DNA of 64,000 nt from Octopus sinensis (lineage: Eukaryota). The stretch covers positions 6,820,001 through 6,884,000 of the forward strand of contig NC_043020.1 in NCBI RefSeq assembly GCF_006345805.1, given 5' to 3'. The translations under genes and the position numbers were made by a program. Shown one piece after another: positions 1-12,645 of this stretch. The notes beneath the pieces are model-generated. The model had not been told where the DNA came from, ran no database searches, and saw nothing but the letters and a program-made list of their open reading frames with translations. How positions within the stretch are numbered: the first letter of the stretch is position 1; each line of letters starts with the position of its first letter.

Positions 1-1109
1 AAATGTCTACTGCTGTAATCCCAAGATGACCAAAGCCTTCTGAGTGAATTTGGTAGATGGAAACTGAAAGAAGCCTTATTGTACATCATCATCATCATCG
101 TCATCATTTTAATGTCCACCTTTCCATGTCTAGATTGGTCAGATGCAATTCACAGAGGCAGATTTTCTAAGATCAACACCCTTCTTGTCACCAATCCTCA
201 CCTGTTTCCAAGCAAGGTAATACCCCACCCCCTCAGCCAGACGGGCTTTACACAGAATATTGGAAACAAATGACATTCATTTCCAAACAATCATGCAATA
301 TCAAGACTAGGAGGCACAAATACACAACAGGCTTCTTTCAGTTTCTATCTACCAAATCCACACATAAAACTTTGGTCACCCTGGTGCTATATTAGAAGCC
401 ATCTGCACAAGGTACCACACAGTAGGACTGAACCTAGAACCATGTGGTTGGGAAGCATGGGTCAAAGTGGTGAGAAAAGATTATTGTCTCACTAGGAAAC
501 AAACAAGTGTTGGTGATAGGAAAAGCATCCAGCTGTGGAAAAACTCTGTTAAAACATTCTTTTGTCTGACCTCTACAGGTTTGGATAAGTAGACATTAGA
601 ACAACTATGGTGATTCAAGCAAAACATCCTTGCATCTGTTATCTTTTAATTGTTTCAGTCATTAGACTGCGGCCATGCTGGAGCACCACCTCAAAGAAAT
701 TTTAATCAAATGAATTGATCCCCCAGTTCTTTCTCTTCTTTAAAGTCTGACACTTATTTTATCAGTCTCATTTGCTAAACCACTAAGTTATCAGCATCAT
801 CATCATCATCGTTTAACATCTGCTTTCCATGCTGGCATGGGTTGGATGGTTTGACTGAGGGCTGGGCAAGCCAGAAGGCTGCACCAGTCTCCAATCTTGT
901 CTAGCAGAGTTTCTCCAGCTGAATGCCTTTCCTAACGCCAACCACTCTGAGAGTGTAGTGGATGCTTTTTAAGTGCCACCAACATGAGGGCCAGTCAGGC
1001 AGTACTGGCATTGACTGCACTCAAATGGTGGTGGGGGACAAACACATAGACAAAGACACACAGACACACACATATATATATATATATATAATTGGGTAAT
1101 TATCTATTC

Positions 1110-1410
1110 GCAATGGCCCAGTGGTTAAGGCAGTGGACTTGCGGTTGGAGGATCGTGGTTTCGATTCCCAGACCGGGCGTTGTGTGTGTCTATTGAACGA
1201 AAACACCTAAAGCTCCACGAGGCTCCGGCAGGGGGGGGGCCATCCCTGTGGTACTCCTTCGCCCCAACTTTTTCTCACTCTTTCTACCTGTCTTTGAAGT
1301 AACGCTGCGATGGACTGGCGTCCCGTCCAGCTGGGGCGAAGACATACGCCACAGAAACCGGGAGACTGGGCTCATGAGCCTGGCTAGGCTTGAAAAGGGT
1401 GCATAAAAAA
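1110..1410 (+). mobile_element. tRNA-derived SINE family C
   Basis: tggcccagtggttaaggc..ggtttcgattccc (A/B boxes), body aaacacctaaagctccacgaggc, A-rich end. Confidence 0.75.
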
Positions 1411-1572
1411 AATAAAATTATCTATTCATACTCAAAAGAAGCCCAAACACAAACCTGGAAGTACGTATAATACTACCACTGAATAGTACAGGGTGAGGCT
1501 TTATACTGTTCTCTACTACATTCTTAACAGTATATACCATAACTATATATTTATACACACACACACTCTCTC

Positions 1573-1772
1573 TCTTTTACTTGTTTCAGTCATTTGACTG
1601 CGGCCATGCTGGAGCACCGTCTTTAGTCGAGCAAATCGACCCCGGAACTTATTCTTTGTAAGCCCAGTACTTATTCTATCGGTCTCTTTTGCCGAACCAC
1701 TAAGTGACGGGGATGTAAACACACCAGCATCGGTTGTCAAGCAATGCTAGGGGGACAAACACAGACACACAA

Positions 1773-1820
<48 letters not shown>

Positions 1821-1990
1821 TATATATATACGACAGGCTTCTTTCAGTTTCTATCTACGAAATCCACTCACAAGGCATTGGTCGGCCCGGGGCTATAGCA
1901 GAAGACACTTGCCCAAGATGCCACGCAGTGGGACTGAACTCAGAACCATGTGGTTGGTTAGCAAGCTACTTACCACACAGCCACTCCTGC
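1573..1990 (-). mobile_element. tRNA-derived SINE family A
   Basis: Reverse complement of the 22431-22815 consensus: A/B-box-like head, central (TA)/(TG) microsatellite, tail gactgaaacaagtaaaaga. Confidence 0.85.
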
Positions 1991-2897
1991 ACATTGGGCT
2001 TCTTTCAGTTTCCATCTACCAAATCCACTTACAAGGCTATAGTGAAAGACACTCATCCAAGGTACCATGCAGTGGGACTGAACCCAGAATCATGTGACTG
2101 GAAAGCAAACTTCTTACCCACAGCCAAACCTGTGACTATAGAAGTCGAATTTGACAAAACTGAAAATTTAGACAAGCTCAAACAATTCTTTACGCCTGAA
2201 TGACATCATAACGTACAAATAATTATAAATATTTGACAGTTCTTTTAAAATCCTAAACGTTTATCTAAAATTTCATGAATGTAAGAAACTTGATCTTTTT
2301 CTTTTTTTCTTTTTTTTGCTTCAATATGTAACCTTAAATAAACTAGGGAAGAAAAAAGAACAATAATTTTATATTTATTTTTGTTCAGTATATTTGATAA
2401 TCTAGACATAATAGGGTTAATAGCTTTTAAAATAGATGGAGTAACTGATAGCGGAGTTGTGAAACTTGATCAAGGATACAGTTCAATGCTTGAAGATTTG
2501 TCTTGATATTTTTTTTTTTTGTTAATTTTCTTCCTGTCTTCTTCTGTGATTAACTTGGATCAATATTTTTGTTACATGATAACTGAATTTTTCCTGAATA
2601 TGAGAAAGACATTGTAACAATGAGACAGACAGCATGACATATTTCTCATTCTCTGAATGTGTTCTAGTCTAGAAAATGGCTTCTTTGAATCTGTTGCTTA
2701 AAAGTTTTCTTTGAAAATTTTTCTTGCAAGTGTTATACAAAAGTCTCATCCAAAATTCTTATTCAAAAGTGTTATCCAAGAGTATTAGAATGACTATTTT
2801 ATCCCAGTGTTATCCAAAAGTCCTAATTAAAAGTGTCATCTAAAAGCATTGCCAAGTATGTTAAGTGTTACAGGGTTCCTCAAATATGTTTTCCTTA

Positions 2898-2982
2898 AGT
2901 GTTACCCAAAAGGGCTTAGTGTTACCCAAAAGGGCTTAGTGTTACACAAAAAGGCTTAGTGTTACCCAAAAGGGCTTAGTGC
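2898..2982 (+). repeat. 20-bp tandem repeat x4
   Basis: gtgttacccaaaagggctta repeated; degenerate copies upstream. Confidence 0.9.
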
Positions 2983-2997
2983 TATAGTATTAATCAA

Positions 2998-3365
2998 AAG
3001 TGTTGTGGCCGTGCTTCCCAACCACATGATTCTGGGTTCAACCTCAGTGTAGCTTCTTGGGCAAGTGTCTTCTGCCATAGCCTTGAGACAACCAAATCCT
3101 TGTGAGTGGATTTGGTAGATATAAAATGCAAAGAAACCTGTGGTATATATATGTGTGTGTGTGTGTCCGTCTGTCCCACATCACTGCTTCACAACCAGTA
3201 TTCGTGTGTTTATGACCCCTATAACTTAGCAGTTCAACAAAAGAGACCAATAGGATAAGTACCTAGCTTCAAGAAAAAAAATAAACTACTGCGGTTGATT
3301 TGTTCAACTAAAATCCAATAAGGCAGTGCTCCAGCATGGCCGCAGTCTTACGACTGAAACAAGAG
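2998..3365 (+). mobile_element. SINE family A, diverged copy (partner of the inverted copy at 7572-8962)
   Basis: Homology to family A body and tail. Confidence 0.75.
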
Positions 3366-4595
3366 GGAAACAAAAAAGAAATGTTATCCAAATAGTGTTA
3401 CCCACAAGTGACACCTGGAAGTAACTTTGTTTCGAAAACATTATTTAAAAAAGTTTTCCTTCAAAATATTTCATTATAAATCTACTCATGAGATGAAATT
3501 CTTTGAAACTGTTTTCTCTTTGAAAGTAGATGAAAGACACACTCTAAGAACCATCCTCGTCCCATACACATCGCAAACCTGAACCACCCCACCCCACCCC
3601 ACCCCCAAATCCTTGCACTTTCCAAAATATTCTACATCGACAATAATCTTCGTTTATTATATTAATCTTATCTTATCTTTTCTTTTTCATTCCTTCCAAT
3701 TATTTTCATTTGAATATTTTTTTTACAACTTTTTTCTTCCAATTCGATATTTATGTTTTACCCTTCTTCCACATTACAAAATTTTCCTTTTTTTCTTTTC
3801 ATTTAAGAAAACAAATTATCTTTCTTCTTTTAAAGATTTCTTCTTTTAAAGACGTTCCTCCACATATTTCATTATTCATTAAATTTCTTCAAATATTTTC
3901 CAGTTCTTCTCCATTTGTCTGTTGCATGTTCATATTACTATTATCATTATTATCATCATCATTATCATTATTATTATTATTGTTGTTGTTGTTGCTGACA
4001 TATTACTGCTGTCTCTAGTTCCTTCCAGTGCTATTGTTAATCTATCCATTAGCTCTGAAGAGACACCGATAAGGAGAGCAACTGATGTTAAAGCAACGAA
4101 GATACTTTTTCTTTAGTACAGAGCAATAACATCCACAAAGCCAAACGCTTGTATATCCAAACACACACACACAGAACTCTGCATCTCTCTCTCTCTCTCC
4201 ACATATATACAATCAGATGTTTTAAATACATATTTAAATACATACTTATAGTTAAATACACACACATATGTACATGTGTATGTGTGTATGAATGTATGTG
4301 TATGTGTTAGTGTACGTGTGTGTATGTATATATGTGTGTCTATGTGTATATACATATGTGGATATGTGTGTAAACTTATACATACACCCACACACATATT
4401 CACACACATACACAAATACAAACACACACACGCATATATACACACACATACACACATATATATGCACATGTACACATATACACATACACACATATACACA
4501 CACACATATATACACACACACATACATACATATACACACATACACATGCACACACATATATGCGCATACATACACACACACACACACACATATAT

Positions 4596-4650
<55 letters not shown>

Positions 4651-5294
4651 CACACATACACACACACACACATGTGCACGCACACACACACATACCACAA
4701 CTCACAAGAGATCGCTGCCAATATCTAGCCGAGTTCTTTGGATGGAGTTTTCTCTTTTTCTTTCTTTCTTTCTTTCCTTCTTTCTTTCCTTCTTTCTTCC
4801 TTTCTTTCTTTCTTTATTTAATTTTATATTTCGGAACCCTTCAAAGCTGTTTCTCATGCTTCAGGGAACATCGTATGTAGCTGAGCAATTTGTAATGGAA
4901 ACACAGCGAGAGAAAAAAAAAGAACGAGAAGAAAAAACAAGAAAAAAACAACTGCACAAACATATCAGAAAAACACAATTACAATAACAACACAAACAAA
5001 CATACAACATACAACAACAAAAAAAAAAACCAGAAAAAAATATACATGAAAATAACAGGAACAAATGCAAGGAATTATGGTTAATCTGTAATTGACAACA
5101 ACAACAAGATGATAAACATCAACAATTGTATCAATAACAACAACAACAACAACAGAAGTAATAAAGAAAATAGAACAAGAAGAAGAAGAAGAAGAACATG
5201 AAAATTTCTTTTAGTTTTGGGAAATAAGCTCAATACAATCAGAAATTTAAACTATATTCACCAAATATTGCAGTGTGCTAAATATAATAATGAT

Positions 5295-5705
5295 GGGTGG
5301 TGGTGGTGGTGGTGGTGGTGGTAGTGGTGGTGGTGGTGAGGTAGTAGTGGTGGTGGTGGTGGTGGTGAGGTAGTAGTGGTGGTGGTGGTAGTGGTGGAGA
5401 TAGTCGTGGTGGTAGTGGTGGTGGTGGTAGTGGTGGTGGTGGTGGTGGAGATAGTCGTGGTGGTGGTGGTGTGGTGGTGGTGGTAGTGGTGGTGGTGGTG
5501 GTGAGGTAGTAGTGATGGTGGTAGTGGTGGTAGAGATAGTCGTGGTGGTGGTGGTAGTGGTGGTGGAGATAGTCGTGGTGGTGGTGGTGGTAGTGGTGGT
5601 GGTGGTGGTGGTGGTGGTGGCAGTGGTGATGGTGGTGGCAGTGGTGGTGGAGATAGTCGTGGTGGTGGTGGTGGTGGAGATAGTCGTGGTGGTGGTGGTG
5701 GTAGG
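5295..5705. repeat. (GGT)n compound microsatellite with gagatagtcgt interruptions
   Basis: Seen directly. Confidence 0.95.
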
Positions 5706-5727
5706 AGAATTTTGGTGATTATTGTGA

Positions 5728-6147
5728 CAAGCTGGCAGACACGTTAGCGCGCCGGGCCGAAATGCTTAGCGGGTATTTCGTCTGTCGTTACGTTCTTGAG
5801 TTCAAATTCCGCCGAGGTCAACTTTGCCTTTCATCCTTTCGGGGTCGATAAATAAAGTACCAGTTTCGCACTGGGGGGACGATATAATCGACTCAATCCC
5901 TTCATCTGTCCTTGTTTGTCTCCTCTGTGTTTAGCCCCTTCTGGGTAGTAAAGAAATAGGTATTTCGTCTGCCGTTACATTCTGAGTTCAAATTCCGCCG
6001 AGGTCAACTTTGCCTTTCATCCTCTCGGGGTCGATAAATAAAGTACCAGTTTCACACTGGGGGGGGGGGGATATAATCGACTCAATCCCTTCGTCTGTCC
6101 TTGTTTGTCCCCTCTGTGTTTAGCCCCTTCTGAGCAGTAAAGAAATA
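5728..6147 (+). mobile_element. SINE family B (MetaSINE-like core), partly duplicated in tandem
   Basis: gctggcaga..gagttcaaattcc head; core gcctttcatcctttcggggtcgataaa..gtaccag present twice. The Meta-domain assignment is from recall. Confidence 0.75.
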
Positions 6148-7954
6148 CATTGTGACAGTGTTACTGCACACTACACTGTTATAACCTACACTGCCACACA
6201 CACTGACCACACTGCTACATCCCAAACAGCTTTAACTCTACACTGCTGCGCAAGTACACTGTTTCACATTACACTGTGGCTTGGTGGTTCAGGTATTCAG
6301 CTCCCGATCACAGGATCATGAGTTCAATTCCCGGTGGGTGGTGCATTATGTCCTTCAGCAAGACACTTCATTTCACATTGCTCCAGACCACTCAGCTAGC
6401 AAAAATGATTTCTACCTGTGTTTCAAAGGGCCACTCGTTGTCACATTCTGTATCATGCGAAATCTCCCTGAGAACTACATTAAGGGTACACTCATGTCTG
6501 TGGAGTACTCAGCCACTTGCACGTTAATTTCACGAGCAGGCTGTTCCAGTTGATCGGATCAACTGGAACCCTCGTCATCATAACCGACGGAATGCCTATC
6601 TACAAACTACACTAGTACACAGGCTACCACACTCTAAAGACAACCTCAGAAAGATGAACCTTTCGGACAAGATGACAAAGGACTGAGATACCTGGGGCCT
6701 TGCTATACTCAAGAAGACCCTGTCCTTCACAGCAGAAGTGTTAAGGCCGCATCTCCCGGTGAAGAGAATTAGCCTGCAAGAGTTCTGTGTCAGTGCCATG
6801 TGAAAGGCATTTGTGCCAATTCCACATAAGAAACACTCGTGCTGGTGCCACATAAGATGCACTTGTGGTGCCAGTGGCACATTAGAATCACCCGGCACAC
6901 CGTAAAGTGGTTGGCATTAGGAAGGGCATCCGGCTGTAGAAGACCATACCACAACGGACTGGAACTTGGTGCAGCTCCTCCAGCTTGCTAGCGCTGGTTA
7001 AATTGTCCAACCCATGCCAGCATGGAAAATGGACGTTAAAGGATCATGATGGTGATGATGACGATGGTGAGCATGACGATGATGATGATGATGGTAATGA
7101 TGGTAGTGGTGATGATGACAAAGGTGATGATGATGGTAATGATGATGGTGGTGGTGGTGATGAGGAAGGTGATGATGATGGTGATGATAATGGTAATGAC
7201 GGTGGTGGTGATGACGATTGTGATGACTGTGGTGGTGGTGATGACGAAATGATGATAACGATGGTGATGATGGTGATGACGGTGGTGGTGGTCATGATAC
7301 TACCCTGCACCAACGACACTGCCTTGACTCTCTACACTGTTACACATTTCATTTCTACACACCACTCTGCTATGCACCATACTGCTTTCTCTGCTATGCA
7401 CTGGACTACTATACACTGCTAATGTTTACTACTACTACTACTACTACTACTACTACACTACTGCCACACTGCAATTCTCAACACATACACTGCCAGACAT
7501 GCACCCCCCCCCAACACCTTCACACGTACACATTGCCATCCAAGCACATTTATGCAAGTGCACACTGCCAGGCCCATGCTGGAGCACTGCCTTTTTGGAT
7601 TTCAGGTGAACAAATCAACCGCAGGAGTTTATTTTTTTTTCTTGAAGCTAGGTACTTATCCTATTGGTCTCTTTTGTTGAACTGCTAAGTTGTGGGGGTC
7701 ATAAACACACGAATACTGGGTGTGAAGCAGTGATGTGGGACAGACGGGGACACACACATACACACACACACACATATATATATCTCATCATCATCATCAT
7801 CGTTTAACATCCGCTTTCCATGCTAGCATGGGTTGGACGGTTCAACTGGGGTCTGGGGAGCCCGAAGGCTGCACCAGTCCAGTCAGATCTGGCAGTGTTT
7901 CTACAGCTGGATGCCCTTCCTAACGCCAACCACTCCGAGAGTGTAGTGGGTGAT

Positions 7955-8795
7955 TTTATGTGCCACCGACACAGGTGCCAGACGAGGCTGGCAGACGGTC
8001 ATGCTCGGATGGTGTTTTTTATGTGCCACCGACACAGGTGCCAGACGAAGCTGGCAGACGGCCACGCTCGGATGGTGTTTTTTATGTGCCACTGACACAG
8101 GTGCCAGACGAGGCTGGCAGACGGCCACGCTCGGATGGTGTTTTTTATGTGCCACTGACACAGGTGCCAGACGAGGCTGGCAGACGGCCACGCTCGGATG
8201 GTGTTTTTTATGTGCCACTGACACAGGTGCCAGACGAGGCTGGCAGACGGCCACGCTCGATTGGTGTTTTTTATGTGCCACTGACACAGGTGCCAGATGA
8301 GGCTGGCAGACGGCCACGCTCGGATGGTGTTTTTTATGTGCCACTGACACAGGTGCCAGACGAGGCTGGCAGACGGCCACGCTCGGATGGTGTTTTTTAT
8401 GTGCCACCGACACAGGTGCCAGACGAGGCTGGCAGACGGCCACGCTCGGATGGTGTTTTTTATGTGCCACTGACACAGGTGCCAGACGAGGCTGGCAGAC
8501 GGCCACGCTCAGATGGTGTTTTTTATGTGCCACTGACACAGGTGCCAGACGAGGCTGGCAGACGGTCACGCTCGGATGGTGTTTTTTATGTGCCACTGAC
8601 ACAGGTGCCAGACGAGGCTGGCAGACGGCCACGCTCAGATGGTGTTTTTTATGTGCCACTGACACAGGTACCAGACGAGGCTGGCAGACGGCCACGCTCA
8701 GATGGTGTTTTTTATGTGCCACCGACACAGGTGCCAGACGAGGCTGGCAGACGGCCACGCTCAGATGGTGTTTTCGGTGTTTTCTTATGTGCCAC
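7955..8795 (+). repeat. 63-bp VNTR, 13 copies, inside an RTE 3'UTR fragment
   Basis: Unit ttttatgtgccac(c/t)gacacaggtgccagacgaggctggcagacggccacgctcggatggtgtt; 21-aa periodicity in the ORF track. Confidence 0.95.
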
Positions 8796-9699
8796 CGACA
8801 GTTTTCTTTGCATTTTATATCTACCAAATCCACTTACAAGGATTTGGTTGTCTCGAGGCTATGGTAGAAGACACTTGCCCAAGAAGCCACACAGTGAGAT
8901 TGAACCCAGAACCATGTGGTTGGGAAGCACAGCCACAACACTCTTGATTAATACTATAGCACAAACATGTATGAACACACTACCATACACACATATGCAC
9001 GGACGCACGCACACACACACACACACATACTGCCATAGACACATGCATGTTGCACCTGCCATACACACACACACACCTGGTCTTCTCTGTGTCTCTTCTC
9101 TCATCCTCACACACTTTGTAGCTCTAAACTCGTAGCCTCATCAACTTCAGTACCTCTCTCCTTCTTTCTCTCACTCATTCTCCCCCTCTCCTTCTCCCTC
9201 CACTTCATCTCTCCTTCCTTCCCATTCTATGGAAACCCCTAAGGCACTCTATTATATCCCTCCTTCTAAACAATCAATCCCTCTCTAACCCTGCTGGCTT
9301 CTACACCCTGTTGCCCTCAGATGCAACTACATCTCTATCAACTTGTGGCTCACCAAAATAAACTACCTCTACCACCACCGCCACCACCACCACCACTGCT
9401 GCCACCACCACCACCACTGCTGCCACCACCACCACTATCATTACAACTATTCTGTGTGTCGTTCATGTTTTAATTATCACAGCATGCTTTTTTTCGTGTC
9501 TTTGCACATAATTAGGATATGCAATAATTATTGGCATTAGGAAGGGCATCCAGCCGTAGAAACACTGCCAGATCAGACTGGGCCTGGCGCAGGCTTCTGG
9601 CTTCCCAGACCCCAGTTGAACCGTCCAACCCATGCTAGCATGGAAAGCGAACGCTAAACGATGATGATAATGATGATGAATAATCACTGTATCACAATT

Positions 9700-9990
9700 T
9701 CAACCAGGCCATCAGATTCTGTTACACACCACTTGTCACAATGTGCTTCCAGTTTTGTCTTGATTGTGTCATCCTATTCCATCATGACCCAGATTGCTTT
9801 GCCAAATCGTCTTCCCATCATCATTGAGGCCTTCCATGTGGCCTTTTTCAGTTTCTTGGTTACCACTTGGCAACTGCACAGCTCCACCTGTTGTCTGTAA
9901 AACCTTGTAACATGTCCAGCCCTGTGGTACTTGTGCTTTTGGTACTCTGCAATCACACCGTTCGTTCCGATCCATTCTCAAATTATCTCA
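9700..9990 (-). mobile_element. Degenerate RTE-like LINE C-terminal fragment
   Basis: Peptide KYHRAGHVTRF resembles the RTE C-terminal WAGHVAR motif; frameshifted. Confidence 0.5.
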
Positions 9991-10444
9991 TTTCAAAAAT
10001 GCTCTTGCAATGATATTCTTAGCATTCTGGTGGCATGGAAAAAAGCATCCTTCAAACTTCAGGCTTCACAGAGATATTGACCAAGGCCTTTGGAAACAGG
10101 CCATGACTGAGAAGACCCATCAAGGCAAGTGAAATCATATTCGTGGCCAATGCTAGTGCCACATGACTGGCACCTGTGCTGGTGGCATGTAAAAATTACT
10201 GTTTCAATGTTGGGCCTCAACGGAGGCAGTGACAAATGACTGAGGCTTTTGGCGATATACCATGCTTGAGAAGATCCGTCAAGCCAAGTGAGATCGAAGT
10301 TGTGCCTGGTGCCAGTGTTTCGTAACTGGCACTTTGTGCCAGTGGCATGTAAAAAGCACCCACTACACTCTTGGAGTAGTTGGCATTTGACCTTGTTGAT
10401 ACTAGTGCTATGCAAAAAACACCATCCAGTACACTTGGTAAAGT

Positions 10445-11075
10445 GGTTGGCATTAGGAAGGGCCAGCAAACTGTAGGAACCAGGCCAAAGTGCTGGTGTT
10501 AGGAAGGGCCATCCAATTGTAGGAACCAGGCCAAAGTGCTGGTGCTAGGAAGGGCCATCCAATTGTAGGAACCAGGCCAAAGTGCTGGTGCTAGGAAGGG
10601 CCATCCAATTGTAGGAACCAGGCCAAAGTGCTGGTGTTAGGAAGGGCCATCCAATTGTAGGAACCAGGCCAAAGTGCTGGTGCTAGGAAGGGCCATCCAA
10701 TTGTAGGAACCAGGCCAAAGTGCTGGTGCTAGGAAGGGCCATCCAATTGTAGGAACCAGGCCAAAGTGCTGGTGTTAGGAAGGGCCATCCAATTGTAGGA
10801 ACCAGGCCAAAGTGCTGGTGCTAGGAAGGGCCATCCAATTGTAGGAACCAGGCCAAAGTGCTGGTGTTAGGAAGGGCCATCCAATTGTAGGAACCAGGCC
10901 AAAGTGCTGGTGTTAGGAAGGGCCATCCAATTGTAGGAACCAAGCCAAAGTGCTGGTGCTAGGAAGGGCCATCCAATTGTAGGAACCAGGCCAAAGTGCT
11001 GGTGCTAGGAAGGGTCATCCAGCTGTAGAAACCAGGCCAAAGCATTGATGTTAGGAAGGGCCATCCGGCTGTAAA
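10445..11075 (+). repeat. 46-bp VNTR, ~13-14 copies
   Basis: Unit tgctggtg(t/c)taggaagggccatccaattgtaggaaccaggccaaag (10491, 10537, ...). Confidence 0.95.
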
Positions 11076-11621
11076 ATCCTGTGCTGGTGGCACCCACCTG
11101 TAGAAACCATGGCAAATCAGATTCGAACCTTGAGCAGCATTCCAACTTACCAGTTTTCAGTCAAACCATCCAACCCATACCAGCATGGAAAATGAATGTT
11201 AAATAATGATGAACTTTCCAAGGCTCTCTGCATCATATCTAATTGATTTTTTATGCTCTTCATAGCAGACCACATCCCACATGTGTGTAAGAGCACATGT
11301 AGGATGTTGCTACTGAAGAGTCTGGCACATAATGGTATTGTCTAGTTGTTATTAGACCCAGGGTGTTAGTTGGGGTTGTCACCGAGCTGAGATCTCTGAA
11401 CGTAAAGAATCACACGTGAACACATGAATATTATTTGGGATAAACTTTCTATAAAAGGATATCACATGACAATAAGTGAAAGAGTCCTGTCCGACCCCTT
11501 CTAACCTACTGGCACCTTAAAATGGACTCTGCCACAACCGATTTTTTTTTTTTTAATATGCAATATTGAATCTTTGGTTCTGAGTATCACATTTCATCAT
11601 CATCATTTTATTTGTCATTAC

Positions 11622-11962
11622 ATTGTGGCCATGCTGGAGCACCACCTTTAAGAACTTATAGTCAAATGAATTGACCCCAGTTCCTTTATTTATTTTTAAG
11701 CCTGGTACTTATTCTATCGATCTCTTTTGCTGAGCTGCTAAGTTACAGGGATGTAAACACACCAACACCAGTTGTCAAGCAGTGGCGGAGGACAAATACA
11801 GACATACACATACACAACAAGCTCCTTTCAGTTTCTGTCTACCAAATCCACTCACAAGGCTTTAGTTGGCCTGAGGCTATAGTAGAAGACACTTGCCCAA
11901 GGTGCCACACTGGGTGACTGAACCCGGAACCATGTGGTTGAGAAGCAAGCTCCTTACCACAC
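11622..11962 (-). mobile_element. SINE family A
   Basis: Reverse-complement homology to family A. Confidence 0.75.
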
Positions 11963-12270
11963 ATCATCATCTAATGTTTGTATGTGGGTTAGATGGGTCA
12001 CCAAAGTATAAGTCCTTCAGAATTTACTATTACCACTACTTCAGCCCTTTTGCTCCATAAGGAGCACAGACCATCGACAATCTACCATTCTTGACTCAGG
12101 ACTGTCTTTTCTGTTTCTCTGTTATTGGATCCCTGTTTTCTCTGTTCTGCCTCAGTATCCAGCCCCCAGTTATTTTTAGGGTGTCTAATGCCTGTTTTCC
12201 ATGCTGGCATGGATTGGATTGTTTAAGAGGAGCTGGTCAGCCAGAAGTTTGCATTGAGCTATACTACCTG

Positions 12271-12645
12271 CTTTGGCCTGGTTCCTACAATTGGATGGCC
12301 CTTCCTAACACCAACATTTGGGACTGGTTTCTACAGCTGGATGGCACTTCCTAACACCAACACTTTGGCCTGATTTCTACAGCCGGATGGCCCTTCTTAA
12401 CACCAACATTTTGGCCTGGTTCCTACAATTGGATGGCCCTTCCTAACACCAACATTTTGGCCTGGTTTCTACAGCCGGATGGCCCTTCCTAACACCAATG
12501 CTTTGGCCTGGCTTCTACAGCCGGATGGCCTTTCCTAATACCAGCACTTTGGCCTGGTTCCCACAATTGAATGGCCCTTCCTAACACCAGCACTTTGGCC
12601 TGGTTTCAACAGATTGATGGCCCTTCCTAATGCCAACCACTTTAC
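12271..12645 (-). repeat. 46-bp VNTR, ~8 more diverged copies, inverted relative to 10445-11075
   Basis: ctttggcctggttcctacaattggatggcccttcctaacacc repeated. Confidence 0.9.

Noticed and set aside
1110-1180. tRNA genes at SINE heads (also 20010, 22431, 31700)
   Set aside because: A/B-box-like motifs are present but no complete cloverleaf or terminator; they continue into multi-copy SINE bodies.
4113-4987. Cys/Val/Tyr- and His/Thr-rich ORFs (also near 13, 17, 46 and 61-63 kb)
   Set aside because: Dinucleotide microsatellite artefacts.
6985-7422. Asp/Gly-rich 145-aa ORF
   Set aside because: Expanded (GAT/GGT)n tail of an RTE 3'UTR fragment.
7960-9135. 391-aa and 310-aa ORFs with 21-aa repeats
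   Set aside because: Product of a stop-free 63-bp VNTR in a LINE 3'UTR; open on both strands and runs into SINE sequence.
10445-11075. 46-, 63- and 45-bp arrays as CRISPR
   Set aside because: Contiguous tandem units with no unique spacers.
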